Source: Dehalococcoidia bacterium (GTDB lineage: Bacteria > Chloroflexota > Dehalococcoidia > SM23-28-2 > RBG-16-64-32). Taken from it: DNA of 64,000 bases. Shown in pieces: positions 41,385 to 50,384 of the stretch; position 1 is the first letter of the stretch; each line of letters begins with the position of its first letter. Position numbers and translations under genes: made by a program. The notes below the pieces were generated by a model. That model saw only the letters and a program-made list of their open reading frames with translations. It had not been told where the DNA came from and did not search any database. The DNA lies in NCBI GenBank assembly GCA_030649945.1, contig JAUSFE010000104.1:6004-70003 (forward strand), given 5' to 3'.

Positions 41385-44195
41385 CTATGCTCCGTTCGCA
41401 CGCTCCACCTCCAGACGGACGAGGCGGTCGGCCGTCGTCGGCTGCCAGCACTGCGACCGGAAGCGGAGGTGCCCATAGCCGCCGGCCAGGCCCAGCCACT
41501 TGGCCATCCCCGGTTCCATATTGGCCGGGTCCTTCCAGCCGGGGAACATGAGCGGCTCGAAGCCGTTGTAGACGATGACCTGGCCCGGGCGCACGGACGG
41601 AGCCACCCTGGCCCAGACCTGGAAGCTCCCCTTGTCGTTGTAGCCTTTCACCAGGTCGCCTTCACGGATGTTGCGGTCGGCGGCGTCGTAAGGGTTCATG
41701 AACATGAAGGGCCGCCCCTGGTGCGTGTCCTGGATCATGCGGTTCATGATGTTCGCGGAGTGGATGCTCCAGCGCGGGTGGCCGCTCGTCAGCATCAGCG
41801 GGTAGTCGCCGCCCATCTTGGGCGCGTCCTTGTGCATGGGCAGCTCCTCGCCGGCCTCCAGGAACCACTCGTGGTCTATGTACAGTTGCGCGCGGCGGGT
41901 AAGGGTGGGATAGGGCAGCTTCCGCTCTGTGTGATGCCGCAACGGCGTGTGCACCTCGTTCGGCTTCAAGTCAGACGCCTGGTTCACGGCCATCGGCTGC
42001 AGGCCCCAGTCCTGGAACCGGATGTATCCCTTGCGCCGCAACGTCTCCAGCGTCGTCCCCTCCGGCAGCGTGCCGTCTACGGTGCCGTCCTCGATCATCT
42101 CGCGCACTATCTTCTCGTCTTCGTCGAAGTAGCCGTTAAGGGTGTAGCGGTTGTACAGGTCGTCCAGCCGCCTCATCGCGCCGCGACCGTCGGTGTACTC
42201 GGTGAAGCCGCGCGCCTTTGCCCTCTCCTCCACCTTCTTGGTCAGCATGCGGAAGATCTGGGGCTCGGACAGCGCCTCGCCGGCCGGCTCCACGGATTTG
42301 TCGTTGAAGACCATCTGGTTCATGTGCGTGGTAGAGAAGTGGAAATTGATCTTCTCCGCGTGCGTCGCCGCGGGCAGGATGATATCCGAGTGCATTCCCG
42401 TCGTGTTCATACGCCAGTCGATGAACACCACCATCTTGAGGTTGGGCCAGAGGTGCTTCAAAAGCTGGTCCTGGCCGCCGCGCGTGCGCCGCAGGGTGTT
42501 GCCGCCGACTTCGAGGTAGACCCGCGGGGTCGTCTCCGGCCCCGGGCGGACGTGCCCCTGCCACCAGCCCTTGGAGACGGCTTCGTTGAAGTAGTCGTCG
42601 AACTCGCGCCGCATGCTCGGGTCGTGCCACTCGCGGCGGTTCCAGTTCTCCTTGAAGCCGCAGTGGTAGTACCAGAAGAACGCGGGCGGGGCGCCCTCTC
42701 CCATGGCCGCGCCGCGCGTCGCCAGTTCCGTCACCGCCAGCTCGTGCGTTACCGTCGGATCCTCGGCCTTGAACGAGCGCAGGATGGAGTCCACCATCTG
42801 CAGCGCCCGGCTGGCGCCCTCCGGGCCGGGCATCATCTTCATGGCCGTCATCATGCCCGGCCAGGGGCCCACGGACCACATCCGGATGCCGGAGCCCTTC
42901 TTGCCCCAGTTCCCGGTGAGTCCCAGCATCAGGCACATGGCGCGTTCCATCAGGTCCGCGTGGTAGTTCTTGCCGGAGTTGAACCCCAGCAGGATGTTCG
43001 TCCGGCTGGTCGCCACCCGGCGCGCCATCTTGCGGATCGCCTCCGGGTTAATGCCGCAGATCTCTGACGCCTTTTCCGGCGTGTAGTCCTCCAGCCGCTT
43101 GAGCACCAGCTGGAACACGGGTTGCACCTCTACTTCCGTGCCGTCAGCCAGGCGCACCTGCGTCCGCGTCTCCAGGGATGGGTTCACCTTGCCCAGGGCC
43201 AGCGTGCCGCGCGGCGCCTCGACGACCTGCTTTGTGCGCGCATCGAACCAGTAGAACTGGTCGTCCCGGCCGCCGGCCTGCAGGTCGCTCTGCCGCAGGA
43301 AGCGCTCGTTGTCCAGGCGCACCAGCAGCGGCAGGTCCGTCTGCTCCTTGATGAACGGCTTGTTGTGCAGCCCCTCCTCGATGATCACCTGAGACATCGC
43401 CAGCGCCAGCGCCGCGTCGGTCCCCGGGCGCACCGGCAGGTGGTAGTCTGCGTGGACGGCCGAGGGGCTGACGTCCGGCGCTACGGTGACGACGCAGGCG
43501 CCCTTGTAACGGGCCTCCGAGACGTAGTGGTAGTAGGGGATGCGCGTGTAGACGGGGTTCATGTGCCAGATCATGATGGTTTCCGAGAGGAACCAGTCGT
43601 CCACGCTGCTGGCGAAGATCTTGCCGAACGTCAGGTACATCCCCGGGGCGAAGTCATTGACGACGCCGTCCAGGTCCATCGTGATGCCGCCCACCAGCCC
43701 GGTGAAGCGCGTGACGGCGCTCAACGCCATCGGGCCCCCCTGGGCCCCCGTCATCTCGTGGATTATGGACTGCGGCCCCTGCTCCTGGATGGCGTCGATC
43801 ACCGCGTCGGCGACCTCTGTGATCGCCTGGTCCCAGGTGATGCGCTTCCAGCGGCCGGCACCCCGCTCCCCTACCCTCTTCATCGGGTAGAGGATGCGTT
43901 CCTGGGAGTACAACATCTGGCCCCACATGGCGCCCTTCTGGCAGCCCATGGGGTTCAGGTCCGGGACCCCCTCCTCTATCGTCTGGTAGGTGGCGCCCGG
44001 CTCCTCGTAGAGGACCACGCCGTCCTTCACGTAGACGCGGAAGGGGCAATTGCCGGGGTAGCAGTCCACGCAGTGGGAGACCCAGGCCACCTTGTCCCAC
44101 TTCCACTTCTGGCGGAAAAGGTCCTCCTGGGACTGGTACTTGGCAGTGGCGCCGGCCCCGGTTGTCTGTAGCGTCCGCAGTGTAGAGTCCGCCAT
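41385..44195 (-). CDS. EbdA/S25DH-like alpha subunit 2 (no Tat signal)
   Basis: HCVDCYPGNC...GCQKG, KNYHADLMER, HPRWSIHS. Confidence 0.93.
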   Translation of the reverse strand: MADSTLRTLQTTGAGATAKYQSQEDLFRQKWKWDKVAWVSHCVDCYPGNCPFRVYVKDGVVLYEEPGATYQTIEEGVPDLNPMGCQKGAMWGQMLYSQERILYPMKRVGERGAGRWKRITWDQAITEVADAVIDAIQEQGPQSIIHEMTGAQGGPMALSAVTRFTGLVGGITMDLDGVVNDFAPGMYLTFGKIFASSVDDWFLSETIMIWHMNPVYTRIPYYHYVSEARYKGACVVTVAPDVSPSAVHADYHLPVRPGTDAALALAMSQVIIEEGLHNKPFIKEQTDLPLLVRLDNERFLRQSDLQAGGRDDQFYWFDARTKQVVEAPRGTLALGKVNPSLETRTQVRLADGTEVEVQPVFQLVLKRLEDYTPEKASEICGINPEAIRKMARRVATSRTNILLGFNSGKNYHADLMERAMCLMLGLTGNWGKKGSGIRMWSVGPWPGMMTAMKMMPGPEGASRALQMVDSILRSFKAEDPTVTHELAVTELATRGAAMGEGAPPAFFWYYHCGFKENWNRREWHDPSMRREFDDYFNEAVSKGWWQGHVRPGPETTPRVYLEVGGNTLRRTRGGQDQLLKHLWPNLKMVVFIDWRMNTTGMHSDIILPAATHAEKINFHFSTTHMNQMVFNDKSVEPAGEALSEPQIFRMLTKKVEERAKARGFTEYTDGRGAMRRLDDLYNRYTLNGYFDEDEKIVREMIEDGTVDGTLPEGTTLETLRRKGYIRFQDWGLQPMAVNQASDLKPNEVHTPLRHHTERKLPYPTLTRRAQLYIDHEWFLEAGEELPMHKDAPKMGGDYPLMLTSGHPRWSIHSANIMNRMIQDTHQGRPFMFMNPYDAADRNIREGDLVKGYNDKGSFQVWARVAPSVRPGQVIVYNGFEPLMFPGWKDPANMEPGMAKWLGLAGGYGHLRFRSQCWQPTTADRLVRLEVERANGA

Positions 44196-44204
44196 GGGAT
44201 CCCC

Positions 44205-44873
44205 CTAGCTATCGCTGATCTGCCGGCTGAGGTACACCCGCTCGGCTTCCAGGAAGCGCCCGGCCAGCGAGACGGCCGAGCGGTAGAACGCGCCGCCGCC
44301 GCGTTCGCGCTTGACGCGCGCCGTCAGCGCCGGCCACCAGCCCGCGAGCTGTCGGTTCAGGAAGTCCCGCTGCGCCCGCAGGCAGGACAACCGCTCTTCC
44401 TCGTCCTCCGCCTCCGCCTCCTGGCGCGAGAGGTAGTGCATGAACTCCAGCTCCACGCTGGCGTGGTCCGGCATTAGCCCGGCCCGGATGCGCACGCCGA
44501 AGAAGCTAAAGAAGCGCACCAGTTCTTCCATTGTGCGCAGGCGGTCTTGCCCGTAGTGGCCGCTGTGCAGGGGGCACGGCGGCCCGGCCCGCCCGCCCAC
44601 CTCAAACAGGCGGATGTAGCCGGACTGGAAAACGTCGTAGTCCGCGTGGACGTCCCATCTCAGGGACTGCGGAATACGAAAGTGGTAGGGGAGCCCCGCG
44701 CAGGCAGTGGTAAGGTCTTGCAGCCAGCGGTTCTCGCGGATCTCGAGATGGAGCCGGTCTTCCGGGAACGAGAATGTCCTGGAAAACAGGGCATAGATGC
44801 GGCTTCGGGCACAGACCGAAGCGCTCTCTTCACCGGAAATTCCGTCTCGTGACAGGATGGTGGCGGTTGTCAC
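44205..44873 (-). CDS. TorD/EbdD-type maturation chaperone (delta 1)
   Basis: YIRLFEVG..GPPCPL, PDHASVELEFMHYL. Confidence 0.88.
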   Translation of the reverse strand: MTTATILSRDGISGEESASVCARSRIYALFSRTFSFPEDRLHLEIRENRWLQDLTTACAGLPYHFRIPQSLRWDVHADYDVFQSGYIRLFEVGGRAGPPCPLHSGHYGQDRLRTMEELVRFFSFFGVRIRAGLMPDHASVELEFMHYLSRQEAEAEDEEERLSCLRAQRDFLNRQLAGWWPALTARVKRERGGGAFYRSAVSLAGRFLEAERVYLSRQISDS

Positions 44874-44904
44874 GAGGCTCCCCTACCCTGGGTAATATCG
44901 ATGC

Positions 44905-45957
44905 TCACCGTTGCTCCACCCACTGAATGTCGGCTGGATCCCGGTCGAACGGCTTGAACATGTCCTTCCACCAGTAAGCGATGAGCGTGTCCATCAGCTC
45001 GGACTTGCCGCCGTTCCTGGTGGTCTGCATCTCCGTCTGCAGCGTTTCCAGCGCGGGCCTGACGCGCGGCCCGAAGAGCGATTCCAGGTAGTCCGTAGGG
45101 ATGCGCGGGGAGCTTTCGTCGAAGCTGCCGTCTTCGTTCAGGCGCGCCGGACCGATGGGCGGAATGTAGAAGATGTTGGGCTCAGTGCCATACTCGGGGT
45201 GCAGCGGCAGCGCCACCTCCCACTTGCGCACCAGCTTGTGAATGGGGCCCGCCTCGTCGTCCATGAAGCCGAACCAGACGGCCCGGCCCGGGCACTGGCG
45301 CACGCAGGCGGGCGCCACGCCCTGCTCCACGCGCGGGAAGCACATGATGCACTGCTGGCTGACCTGCCGCACAAAGTTGAAGTAGATTTTCTTGTAAGGA
45401 CAGGCCTCCAGGCAGAACTGGTGCCCCTGGCAGCGCGACTCATCGCGCAGGACGATGCCGTCCTCCTTGCGCTTGTACATGGCCCCCTGCGGACAGGCCT
45501 CCACGCAGGCGGGCTTGGTGCAGTGGTTGCAGAGGCGCGGCAGGTAGAAGAAGTAGGAGTTGGGGTATTCACCGGCGCCCTGGTCCTCGTCCCAGTTTGG
45601 GCCCCACTTCGGCTCCTCGCCGATGGGGTGCAGGTAAACGGACTGGCCCTTGCCGCCGTAGAGGACCTCGTCGTAGTTGAAGTCCCAGCCCCCGCCCCAC
45701 TCCTCGCGCAGCGGCCGCCGCCCGGGCTGCGGCACGCCTTCGCGATAGCCGCCGCCCATGGCCTCCCAGTCCTTGGGGTGGCCACGGCCCGGCAGCGTGT
45801 TGACCGTGCACCACCACTGGTACTCGCTGCCCTCGTCGCGCGTCCAAAGGACCTTGCAGGCCACAGAGCACGTCTGGCAGCCGATGCACTTGTTCAGGTC
45901 GAAGACCATCGCCACCTGCCGGGCGGCAGCGCTGCCGCTTCCGTTCGCTTTCGTCAT
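44905..45957 (-). CDS. EbdB/NarH-like Fe-S beta subunit 1
   Basis: DLNKCIGCQTC, CNHCTKPAC, CPYKKIY, CIMC..ACVRQC. Confidence 0.95.
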   Translation of the reverse strand: MTKANGSGSAAARQVAMVFDLNKCIGCQTCSVACKVLWTRDEGSEYQWWCTVNTLPGRGHPKDWEAMGGGYREGVPQPGRRPLREEWGGGWDFNYDEVLYGGKGQSVYLHPIGEEPKWGPNWDEDQGAGEYPNSYFFYLPRLCNHCTKPACVEACPQGAMYKRKEDGIVLRDESRCQGHQFCLEACPYKKIYFNFVRQVSQQCIMCFPRVEQGVAPACVRQCPGRAVWFGFMDDEAGPIHKLVRKWEVALPLHPEYGTEPNIFYIPPIGPARLNEDGSFDESSPRIPTDYLESLFGPRVRPALETLQTEMQTTRNGGKSELMDTLIAYWWKDMFKPFDRDPADIQWVEQR

Positions 45958-46030
45958 TGCGGGTTACCCCCTTCTGCGCCGCGGGCCGGGCCGGGCAGGT
46001 TATCGCGCTGCTCTGCGCGGCGCTGGACGT

Positions 46031-46678
46031 TCATTCAATCACCAGGTCCAGCCACTGGCGGGAACAGGAGTGCAGGCCGCCGCGCTCCTGGCTGGAGCCT
46101 TCCCACACGGCGAAGGCCACCTTCGCCGGATGCGCGGAACTGAGCTTGACGTTCGTCTTTCCGTTCGCGGACAGCGGCCGGGCGAACACCACGTACCAGC
46201 GCCCGTCCTCCCAGCGCGCCCGCGCCTGCACCTGGCGCTCCGGTGAGTCCTCCTCGGTGCCGTAGCCCTGGCAGGACCTGTTCCGGGCCTCATCTGTCGC
46301 GAAGTTGGCCCGCCAGTACCAGGCGTTGATCGGCGAGCGCGGGGACCCCATCGTCTCCAGCGGCGCGTCGCCCTTCAGCGGGAAGATCACACTGGCGGCG
46401 TCCGGGAACACGGAGCCGTCCCCGAAGTCCGTGTCCTTGGATTCGTCGGGCCACTCCAGGCGGAACAGAATGTCGCGGGAGTTGTGGGCCGTCTGCACTT
46501 TCAGGTTGCGCACGGCGCCCACGGGCCGCCCGGCCCAGACAGTGCGGACGTAGCGCGACGGCTGCAGGTCCACGCGGGCGCCCGCCATACGCAGCTCCTC
46601 TGCCGGCACTTTCTTCCACTGGAAGGCGCCCGAATTCAAAAGGGTCTTCGTGGCAAGCTGTAACTTAACTGCTCTCAT
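46031..46678 (-). CDS. EbdC-like heme b (DOMON) gamma subunit 1
   Basis: FRLEWPD, FPDAA, TMGS, NAWYW, FAVWEGSSQERGGLH. Confidence 0.9.
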   Translation of the reverse strand: MRAVKLQLATKTLLNSGAFQWKKVPAEELRMAGARVDLQPSRYVRTVWAGRPVGAVRNLKVQTAHNSRDILFRLEWPDESKDTDFGDGSVFPDAASVIFPLKGDAPLETMGSPRSPINAWYWRANFATDEARNRSCQGYGTEEDSPERQVQARARWEDGRWYVVFARPLSANGKTNVKLSSAHPAKVAFAVWEGSSQERGGLHSCSRQWLDLVIE

Positions 46679-46754
46679 CAGGCTTCTCCCCGGCTAGACT
46701 GGCCTCCAGCTCGTCTTGGGCTCGCGTTCTTTATCGTTCATAGCGCTCCGGGGC

Positions 46755-46799
46755 GTCAGTCGGGCAAAGGCCGGATTTGAAGGTCGGGGTTTTCCCTAC
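46755..46799. promoter_or_regulatory. Candidate NarL/LuxR-type operator upstream of gamma 1
   Basis: GTCGGGGTTTTCCCTAC at 46783..46799 and GTCAGTCGGG at 46755. Confidence 0.55.
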
Positions 46800-47427
46800 A
46801 CTCCTTCAGCCACTCCAGGTCCCGCCGGCAAAACTCCCCCGCGAAGTCCAGCAGCGCGCCGTAGAAGAGCGAGGGCTCCGCGGCGGCGGCCGCCCGGTCC
46901 CGCAGCCGGGGCAGCCAGCGGCAGAGGCGGCGGCCCAGGAAGTCCGCCTGCGCCAGCGTTAGCTCCGCGCTGGTGCCGCCGCCCGCCGCCTGCTTGAAGG
47001 CGAGGTAGTGCATGAACTCCAGCTCCGTGCAGAGGTGGTCCGGCCGGTCCCCCGCCCCGGCTTGCAGCCCGAAGTGCTCGTAAAAGCGCACCAACTCCTC
47101 CATGATCTTCATCCGCCCCGCGCGGTGCGATCCCTCGTAGAGCGGGCAGAACGGCGTGCCGGCCCCCACCTCGAACAGGCGGAGGTAGTCGTGCTCCAGC
47201 GCCGGATAATCGCGCCCGCGGGCGCCGGCTGCGCCCAGCTCTCCCAGCGCGGGCAGCTCAAACGGCAGGTGCGCCGCGGCGGAGGCAAGGTCGTCGCCGA
47301 GGCTGGCGGAGGCGAGGCTGGGCGTCGGGAAATCGAAAGCGCGTGCCAGCAGGCCGTAGACGTGGCTACGGGCAGCCGCCGCCGTCTCGCCGGGGCCCTG
47401 CACGGCGATCCGGGCCAGGTAGCTCAC
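46756..47427 (-). CDS. TorD/EbdD-type maturation chaperone (delta 2)
   Basis: YLRLFEVG, CPLYEG, PDHLCTELEFMHYL; GTGA overlap with beta 2. Confidence 0.88.
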   Translation of the reverse strand: MSYLARIAVQGPGETAAAARSHVYGLLARAFDFPTPSLASASLGDDLASAAAHLPFELPALGELGAAGARGRDYPALEHDYLRLFEVGAGTPFCPLYEGSHRAGRMKIMEELVRFYEHFGLQAGAGDRPDHLCTELEFMHYLAFKQAAGGGTSAELTLAQADFLGRRLCRWLPRLRDRAAAAAEPSLFYGALLDFAGEFCRRDLEWLKECRENPDLQIRPLPD

Positions 47428-48476
47428 ACCGGCCTCTTCAGCGTGCCCGGGTCCCGTGTGAAGCCGCCGAACATGCTCTTCCACTCGTACGCGATGAGCG
47501 TGTCCAGCATCTCGGACTTCTCGCCCCGCCGCGTCTTCGCCATCTCGGTGCGGAGCGTGTCCAGCACGCGGTTCACGTCCGGCCCGAAGAGCGACTCCAG
47601 GTACTGGCGGGGAATGCGTTCCGACCCTTCGATAACGTCGCCGTTGTCGTCGAACAGCGGCGGCGAGAGCGGGGGCACGTAGTACATGTTGGGCTCCGTG
47701 CCGAACTCAGGGTGCAACGGGATGGCCACCTTCCACACCTTCACCAGTTTGTGGACGGCGCTCTCCTCGTCGTCCAGGAAGCCGATGAAGCGCACCCGGC
47801 CGGGGCACTGGCGGAAGCAGGCGGGGGCCACGCCCTGCTCAATGCGCGGGTAACAGAGGATGCACTTCTGGGAGACCTTCTTCGCCTGGTTGAAGTAGAT
47901 GCGCTTGTAGGGGCAGGCCTCCATGCAGAAGCGATAGCCGCTGCAGCGCTCCTCGTCTATCAGCACAATGCCGTCGTCCACGCGCTTGTAGATGGCCTGG
48001 CGCGGGCAGGCGGCCAGGCAGGCCGGGTTGGTGCAGTGCATGCAGATCATCTGCAGGTAGAAGAAGTAGGAGTTGGGGTAGGCGCCGCTGGCCTGGTCCT
48101 CGTCCCAGAGGGGGCCCCAGTTGTCGTCCCCGGTCTTCGGCTGCAGGTGCTGGTTCATGCCCTGTCCGCCGTAGAGCACATCCTCGTAGTTGAACTCCCA
48201 GGCGTGCCCAAACTCGCTCAGCTTTGGCAGCCGGCTGGGGCGCGGCTCCCCGTCCTGAAAGCCACCGCTCAGTTTCTGCCAGCCCCTGGGCGTGCCCTCG
48301 CCGGGCATTGTGGAGACGATGTTCCACCACATGTACTCCATACCCTCTTCGTCGGTCCAGAGCGTCTTGCAGGCGATGGTACAGGTCTGGCAACCCAGGC
48401 ACTTGTTCATGTCGAAGACAGCGGCCAGCTGTCTCTTGACTGGCGGCGGCTGGACGGGCACGGCCCTAGCCCTCAA
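47424..48476 (-). CDS. EbdB/NarH-like Fe-S beta subunit 2
   Basis: DMNKCLGCQTC, CMHCTNPAC, CILC..ACFRQC. Confidence 0.95.
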   Translation of the reverse strand: MRARAVPVQPPPVKRQLAAVFDMNKCLGCQTCTIACKTLWTDEEGMEYMWWNIVSTMPGEGTPRGWQKLSGGFQDGEPRPSRLPKLSEFGHAWEFNYEDVLYGGQGMNQHLQPKTGDDNWGPLWDEDQASGAYPNSYFFYLQMICMHCTNPACLAACPRQAIYKRVDDGIVLIDEERCSGYRFCMEACPYKRIYFNQAKKVSQKCILCYPRIEQGVAPACFRQCPGRVRFIGFLDDEESAVHKLVKVWKVAIPLHPEFGTEPNMYYVPPLSPPLFDDNGDVIEGSERIPRQYLESLFGPDVNRVLDTLRTEMAKTRRGEKSEMLDTLIAYEWKSMFGGFTRDPGTLKRPV

Positions 48477-49113
48477 TCTCCAGCGGCTGCCACTCCAGCG
48501 TCACCGCCTTCAGGCCGGCGCGCTCGCCGCCGGACCCTTGCCACACGGCGAACGCCACCTTCCCCTGCTGCCCGGGGTGGAGCGCCGCCACGTCCGCCGT
48601 CTCCGCCCACATCCGGCGCGAAATCACCACGCTCCAGCCGCCGGCGCCGTAGACGCCGCGGCCGCTGACGCCGCCGTTCGCGCTGCGCACCGTGGTCCCG
48701 AGGCCGCGGGCCGTGACGCTGAACGGCGCCTCCAGGTCGGGCCGCCAGTACCAGGCGTTCACCGGGTAGTCCGGGGAGCCCATGCTCAGGAGCGGCGCAT
48801 CGCCCTTCACCGGGAGCAGCACCGCCGCCGCGTCCGGGAACTGGTCCGTGTCCGCAATCTCGTCGTCCTTCGTATCGTCCGCCCAGCTCAGGCGGAAGAA
48901 GATGGCTGCTTCGTTGTGCGCGGCCTGCACCGCCACCTGCTTCGTTACCCCGTAAGGCCGGTCCGCCCAGGAGGCCTGGACATAGAGGGACGGTTGAGCG
49001 CCCAATGGAGTCGGTTCAAGGAGCACAGTCTCCTGGGGGACCGGCCGCCATTCGGGGGCGGCGGGGTCCAGCAGCCGGGAGCTATCAGCGCTGAGACGCC
49101 TGACCCTAACCAC
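48466..49113 (-). CDS. EbdC-like heme b (DOMON) gamma subunit 2
   Basis: FRLSWAD, SMGS, NAWYW, FAVWQGSGGERAGLK. Confidence 0.9.
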   Translation of the reverse strand: MVRVRRLSADSSRLLDPAAPEWRPVPQETVLLEPTPLGAQPSLYVQASWADRPYGVTKQVAVQAAHNEAAIFFRLSWADDTKDDEIADTDQFPDAAAVLLPVKGDAPLLSMGSPDYPVNAWYWRPDLEAPFSVTARGLGTTVRSANGGVSGRGVYGAGGWSVVISRRMWAETADVAALHPGQQGKVAFAVWQGSGGERAGLKAVTLEWQPLEIEG

Positions 49114-49144
49114 AACCCCAGTCTGGCCGCCGCCCCAGAGGCCC

Positions 49145-49218
49145 GTCTATCGGGCAGCGCCAGTCATTGGCCTGTGGGGAAAAGCCTGACCCTTGACGCC
49201 GCAGTTTGCCCGATAGAC
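49145..49218. promoter_or_regulatory. Divergent control region with operator motifs
   Basis: Central GTGGGGAAAAGCCTGAC flanked by a perfect 12-bp inverted repeat GTCTATCGGGCA/TGCCCGATAGAC. Confidence 0.65.
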
Positions 49219-49303
49219 AGGCCCCGACGCCGGTCACGAGACTGAGACCTGACGGTAAGGAGACGGCAGCAGCCCCGCAGCGGGCTTAGGCGAGGAGCAG
49301 GCT

Positions 49304-50362
49304 ATGACCATCGATCTGAAAGAGGGCGCGCCCGCACAGGCGCAGCCCCTGGACCTGAGCTGGCTGGACCTGGAGAACACCTGGGGTGTCCGCGCCAAGC
49401 CCGGGCGCCGGGGCCTCACGCTGGAGGAGATCGAGATCGGCCCGAACGCCCCGGCGCCGACCACCGACAACCAGAGCGCGCGGACGCGCGGAGCGCTCCG
49501 GCGCAGCGCCGCGCCCAGGGTGGGGCACCCGTACACGGCCAAGTCAGAGGTCTGGGCGGCCAATGCGGCCATGCTCTACGAAGAGGCCGTGCAGCGCCAG
49601 TGGTCCTCCGCCACTGACATCCCCTGGGAGACCCTGCAACCGCTGCCCGATGACATGGAGCGGGCCATGTGCCAGCTCTGCACGTTTCTCACGGAGATCG
49701 AGTTCATCGCCGGCGACGTGCCCGGCATGTGGCTGCCGGAAGTGAACAGCGAGTACCACGAGATCAAGCTCTTCCTGCTCACCCAGATCATGGACGAGGC
49801 CCGCCACCTGGACGTCTTCCGCAAGCGGGCCTTCGCCAACGGCGGCGGCCTGCTCAGCGGCGGCCCCGGCCTGGGCCTGCGCGCGATCCTGGAGTCCACG
49901 AATTACTCGGAGATGTCGGCCCTCATGCACGTTCTGGCGGAAGGCTTCATCCAGTCCGTCTTCCGCATGGGCGAGTACATAGCCCAGAACGAGGCGGAGA
50001 AGCGTATCTTCCGGCTCTGCGCGCAGGACGAGTCCCGCCACGTGGCCTACGGCGTGATGCACCTGAAGTACCTGGGGGAGAACGAGCCCGAGCGGCGCGA
50101 GGAGGTGCACTACTACCTGGACCGCGCCGAGGGCGTCTTCAGCTTCGACGACAGCCCCGCCGCGGCGGACCTTTCGGAGGCGCTCGCCATCCTCATGGCC
50201 GGCGGCCTGAGCAACCTGGACCGCGGCATCCCGATGGCGATGGCCGTACGCCGCAAGCAGGTCAACGAGTACATGCATCGCCTGGACGTGGCCGGCTTCG
50301 GAGACCGCCGCGACCGCATGCACCCGCTGCTTAAGGCGTTCCTCGACCCACCCAGGAATTAA
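49304..50362 (+). CDS. Ferritin-like diiron-carboxylate protein
   Basis: E..DEARH..E..DESRH ligand pattern. Confidence 0.85.
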   Translation: MTIDLKEGAPAQAQPLDLSWLDLENTWGVRAKPGRRGLTLEEIEIGPNAPAPTTDNQSARTRGALRRSAAPRVGHPYTAKSEVWAANAAMLYEEAVQRQWSSATDIPWETLQPLPDDMERAMCQLCTFLTEIEFIAGDVPGMWLPEVNSEYHEIKLFLLTQIMDEARHLDVFRKRAFANGGGLLSGGPGLGLRAILESTNYSEMSALMHVLAEGFIQSVFRMGEYIAQNEAEKRIFRLCAQDESRHVAYGVMHLKYLGENEPERREEVHYYLDRAEGVFSFDDSPAAADLSEALAILMAGGLSNLDRGIPMAMAVRRKQVNEYMHRLDVAGFGDRRDRMHPLLKAFLDPPRN

Positions 50363-50384
50363 CGTCCCACGCTAGGAGGCGGCG

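Noticed and set aside
49225..49260. CGGTCACGAGACTG resembling a second PyrR binding loop
   Set aside because: Poor match to the consensus, no terminator, and no pyrimidine gene downstream
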